DNA of 64,000 nucleotides from an uncultured Erysipelotrichaceae bacterium (GTDB lineage Bacteria; Bacillota_I; Bacilli_A; RFN20; CAG-826): NCBI GenBank assembly GCA_902791935.1, contig CADAXQ010000001.1, positions 41,561 to 105,560 of the forward strand, read 5' to 3'. Shown piece by piece: positions 62,206 to 64,000 of this stretch (position 1 is its first letter; each line of letters starts with the position of its first letter). The notes under the pieces were generated by a model. It saw only the letters and a program-made list of their open reading frames with translations, ran no database searches and was not told where the DNA came from. The position numbers and the translations under genes were made by a program.

Positions 62206-64000
62206 TTATTTTCCCTCCGCTTCTTCCGCGAGCTTTAACGCGCGTTGATAACGCCAATAAACCGGCGCAAACTTCGTTTCTTCTTCGTGATAAAGTGCAT
62301 TGACTTTCTCTTGTTTCGCCCGCTCCCGAAGTTGCTCTTTCGCCTTTTGCTCTGGCGTCTTCTTTGCTTCTTTCCGCGCTTCCTTTTCGGCTTTCTTTTG
62401 CTTTGCCGTCATTTCTTTTGCGTCTTGCTTTGCTTTCTTTTCCGCGGCCTTTTGATCGCGCAATGCTTTCGCGGCGTTATGTTTCGCTAACGCTGCTTCG
62501 TAATTCGTATGTTCTTTCTCGCAACGTGCCTTTAATTCTTGTAAGGCGTATTGCTCGGCTTCTAAGGCTTGTTCTTCTTGCTCCATCCGAGCTTTATCGG
62601 CAAAGGAAATCCAAGTCTTGCCAGCCGCCAAGCACGCTTCTTTTTGCCGTTCGACCAAGACTTGTTGCTTCTTTGTGATCGTCTTTTCGACATTGACGAA
62701 CAAAAGAATCAAGGCACAAAGAAGGCCCGTGATGACTTCAAATCCAACAAAGAAGAACGTGAATAAGTTATTCATTGTGTCGCTTTGGACAAAGACCGTT
62801 GTCACGTTGCTTCCTTGGGTGATGGTCTTTTGCACGGCATTCGAAATGCCAGAATAGTCCCCCATCACCGGTGCCTGGTAATGGCCTAATTGAAGGCTAT
62901 AGTTAAATAATCCTGTCGTAATGCCGCTAATGATGGTGGTCAATAAGCTATAGATACTCATGGCTAAGCCATCGCTTCGGAAGCCCGTCTTCCATTCGAG
63001 ATGGTCTAACGCGTCGGCAAATAACGCCATAAACACATAGGCGCACGGAAGACCGCCGATGTTTTTGATGAATTGCCCGACCAACACGACATAAAGATTC
63101 GTCGGGGCAATCCAGCAAATCAAAGATCCTAATGCGTAGATTAAGAAGCCAAACATCGTGACGTTCCGTTTGCCAAATTTCTTGGCAAGCGGCCAAACGG
63201 CAAAGATGCCGATGCCCATCGGGATACCGCCTAACACGCTTACTAACGTCTGGGTTTTGCCATCGTTATACGTCCCTAAAACATAGTTGCAGTAATAAGG
63301 CAATGCGGTGTTCTTAAATGAAGAACCTAACGTATAAACGAAGAAATAAAGAATCAATAACATCAAGTAACGATCGGAGAACACCGCTTTCATTTTAAGA
63401 CGCAACGGAATTTTCTTCGGTTCGTTGTCTTGCCCTTCTTCGGTAATCCGTTCCCTGGTGAAGTAATATTCAAGGATCGTTAAAGGCAACGCCAAAATCG
63501 ATAAGATGGACATGACAAGAATCCAAGAAGAACGGTCCACCCCAATCAGCGGCATGACGACCATTGGGAACACCAAGGCCACGACAATGCCCGAAACCAT
63601 GATGGTCGAGATTTGGTTAAAGACGCTTAATTCGCCACGTTGGGAGACGTTTCTCGTCGATAACGGCACCATCAAAGAATGGGACATGTTGTACATCGTG
63701 AAAGCGACGCTATAAAAGAAGTTATAAGAAATCATGACCCAGATGGCTTGCACGGTCGGATTGGCTTCGGGGACGACAAATAACAAGACGCCCGTAATGG
63801 CGAGTAAGGGGGCGGATAACAAAATCCAAGGACGGGCTTTGCCTTGTTTGGTGTGTGTATGATCGATGATACTCCCCATTAAAAAATTGGTGATTGCGTC
63901 CAATATCTTGCTCACAATCGGGAAAATCATCAAAAAGAGGCCGTTCCATAATGGAGAGAGATTCAGGACGTCAGTGTAATAAATATTCAAATAGGTGGCT
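62206..64000 (-). CDS. glycoside-pentoside-hexuronide (GPH/MelB-type) cation symporter with a ~160-aa charged coiled-coil C-terminal extension; the N-terminus lies beyond the window
   Basis: The GPH motif [13 protein letters not shown] and about 11 TM helices are visible. The frame is still open at 64000 (the ORF-track 'M' at 63990 is a TTG inside the frame). A 1-nt gap separates it from the GH78 start. Confidence 0.85.
   Translation of the reverse strand, partial: ATYLNIYYTDVLNLSPLWNGLFLMIFPIVSKILDAITNFLMGSIIDHTHTKQGKARPWILLSAPLLAITGVLLFVVPEANPTVQAIWVMISYNFFYSVAFTMYNMSHSLMVPLSTRNVSQRGELSVFNQISTIMVSGIVVALVFPMVVMPLIGVDRSSWILVMSILSILALPLTILEYYFTRERITEEGQDNEPKKIPLRLKMKAVFSDRYLMLLILYFFVYTLGSSFKNTALPYYCNYVLGTYNDGKTQTLVSVLGGIPMGIGIFAVWPLAKKFGKRNVTMFGFLIYALGSLICWIAPTNLYVVLVGQFIKNIGGLPCAYVFMALFADALDHLEWKTGFRSDGLAMSIYSLLTTIISGITTGLFNYSLQLGHYQAPVMGDYSGISNAVQKTITQGSNVTTVFVQSDTMNNLFTFFFVGFEVITGLLCALILLFVNVEKTITKKQQVLVERQKEACLAAGKTWISFADKARMEQEEQALEAEQYALQELKARCEKEHTNYEAALAKHNAAKALRDQKAAEKKAKQDAKEMTAKQKKAEKEARKEAKKTPEQKAKEQLRERAKQEKVNALYHEEETKFAPVYWRYQRALKLAEEAEGK

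Noticed and set aside
1-64000. Mollicute-type genetic code (UGA=Trp)
   Set aside because: All large conserved genes (valS, lon, secDF, parC, tkt and others) are full length under the standard code, and several end in TGA (for example parC, yhbY, nadD/yqeK). There is no need for recoding.

Overview
Chromosomal window, mid-40s % G+C by eye and standard genetic code, from a low-GC Gram-positive-type bacterium with a streamlined, Bacillus-like gene order and many lipoproteins. An Erysipelotrichia/Acholeplasma-like lineage is my guess and cannot be proven from this window. There are about 55 protein genes and no rRNA, tRNA or CRISPR array. (i) 1-5.8 kb is an accessory surface-lipoprotein patch. 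It carries an intact, conspicuously GC-rich IS1595-family insertion sequence and a lipoprotein gene broken by an in-frame TAA. (ii) 6-16.2 kb holds mostly plus-strand housekeeping genes: efp, yneF-like, plsY, parE-parC, yqeG-yqeH-yhbY-nadD/yqeK-rsfS. (iii) 16.2-17.0 kb is a 0.8 kb extremely AT-rich non-coding gap with a canonical 28-bp XerCD-type dif site. It sits exactly where gene orientation switches from plus to minus, so it is the likely replication terminus, and xerD lies 1.7 kb away. (iv) 17-55 kb holds minus-strand housekeeping genes colinear with B. subtilis: deoB, xerD, dinB, dxs, xseBA, nusB, asp23-like, tkt, aspS, hisS, rel, recJ, secDF, ruvBA, obg, a GT2 enzyme, rpmA-prp-rplU, radC, valS with a T-box, an AP-superfamily enzyme plus ABC-2 exporter, engB, lon with CIRCE, and tig. 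(v) 57-64 kb is a rhamnoside/glucoside utilisation operon (GPH transporter-GH78-GH3). The most unusual element is a 2.3 kb insertion between lon and engB. It encodes a lipobox plus multi-TM protein with an unassignable ~200-aa C-terminal domain and a tightly coupled 100-aa partner. A decayed tandem copy of the 'C-terminal tail + partner' unit follows. This is the architecture of a polymorphic toxin/immunity or effector/antidote locus, with no family I can name.
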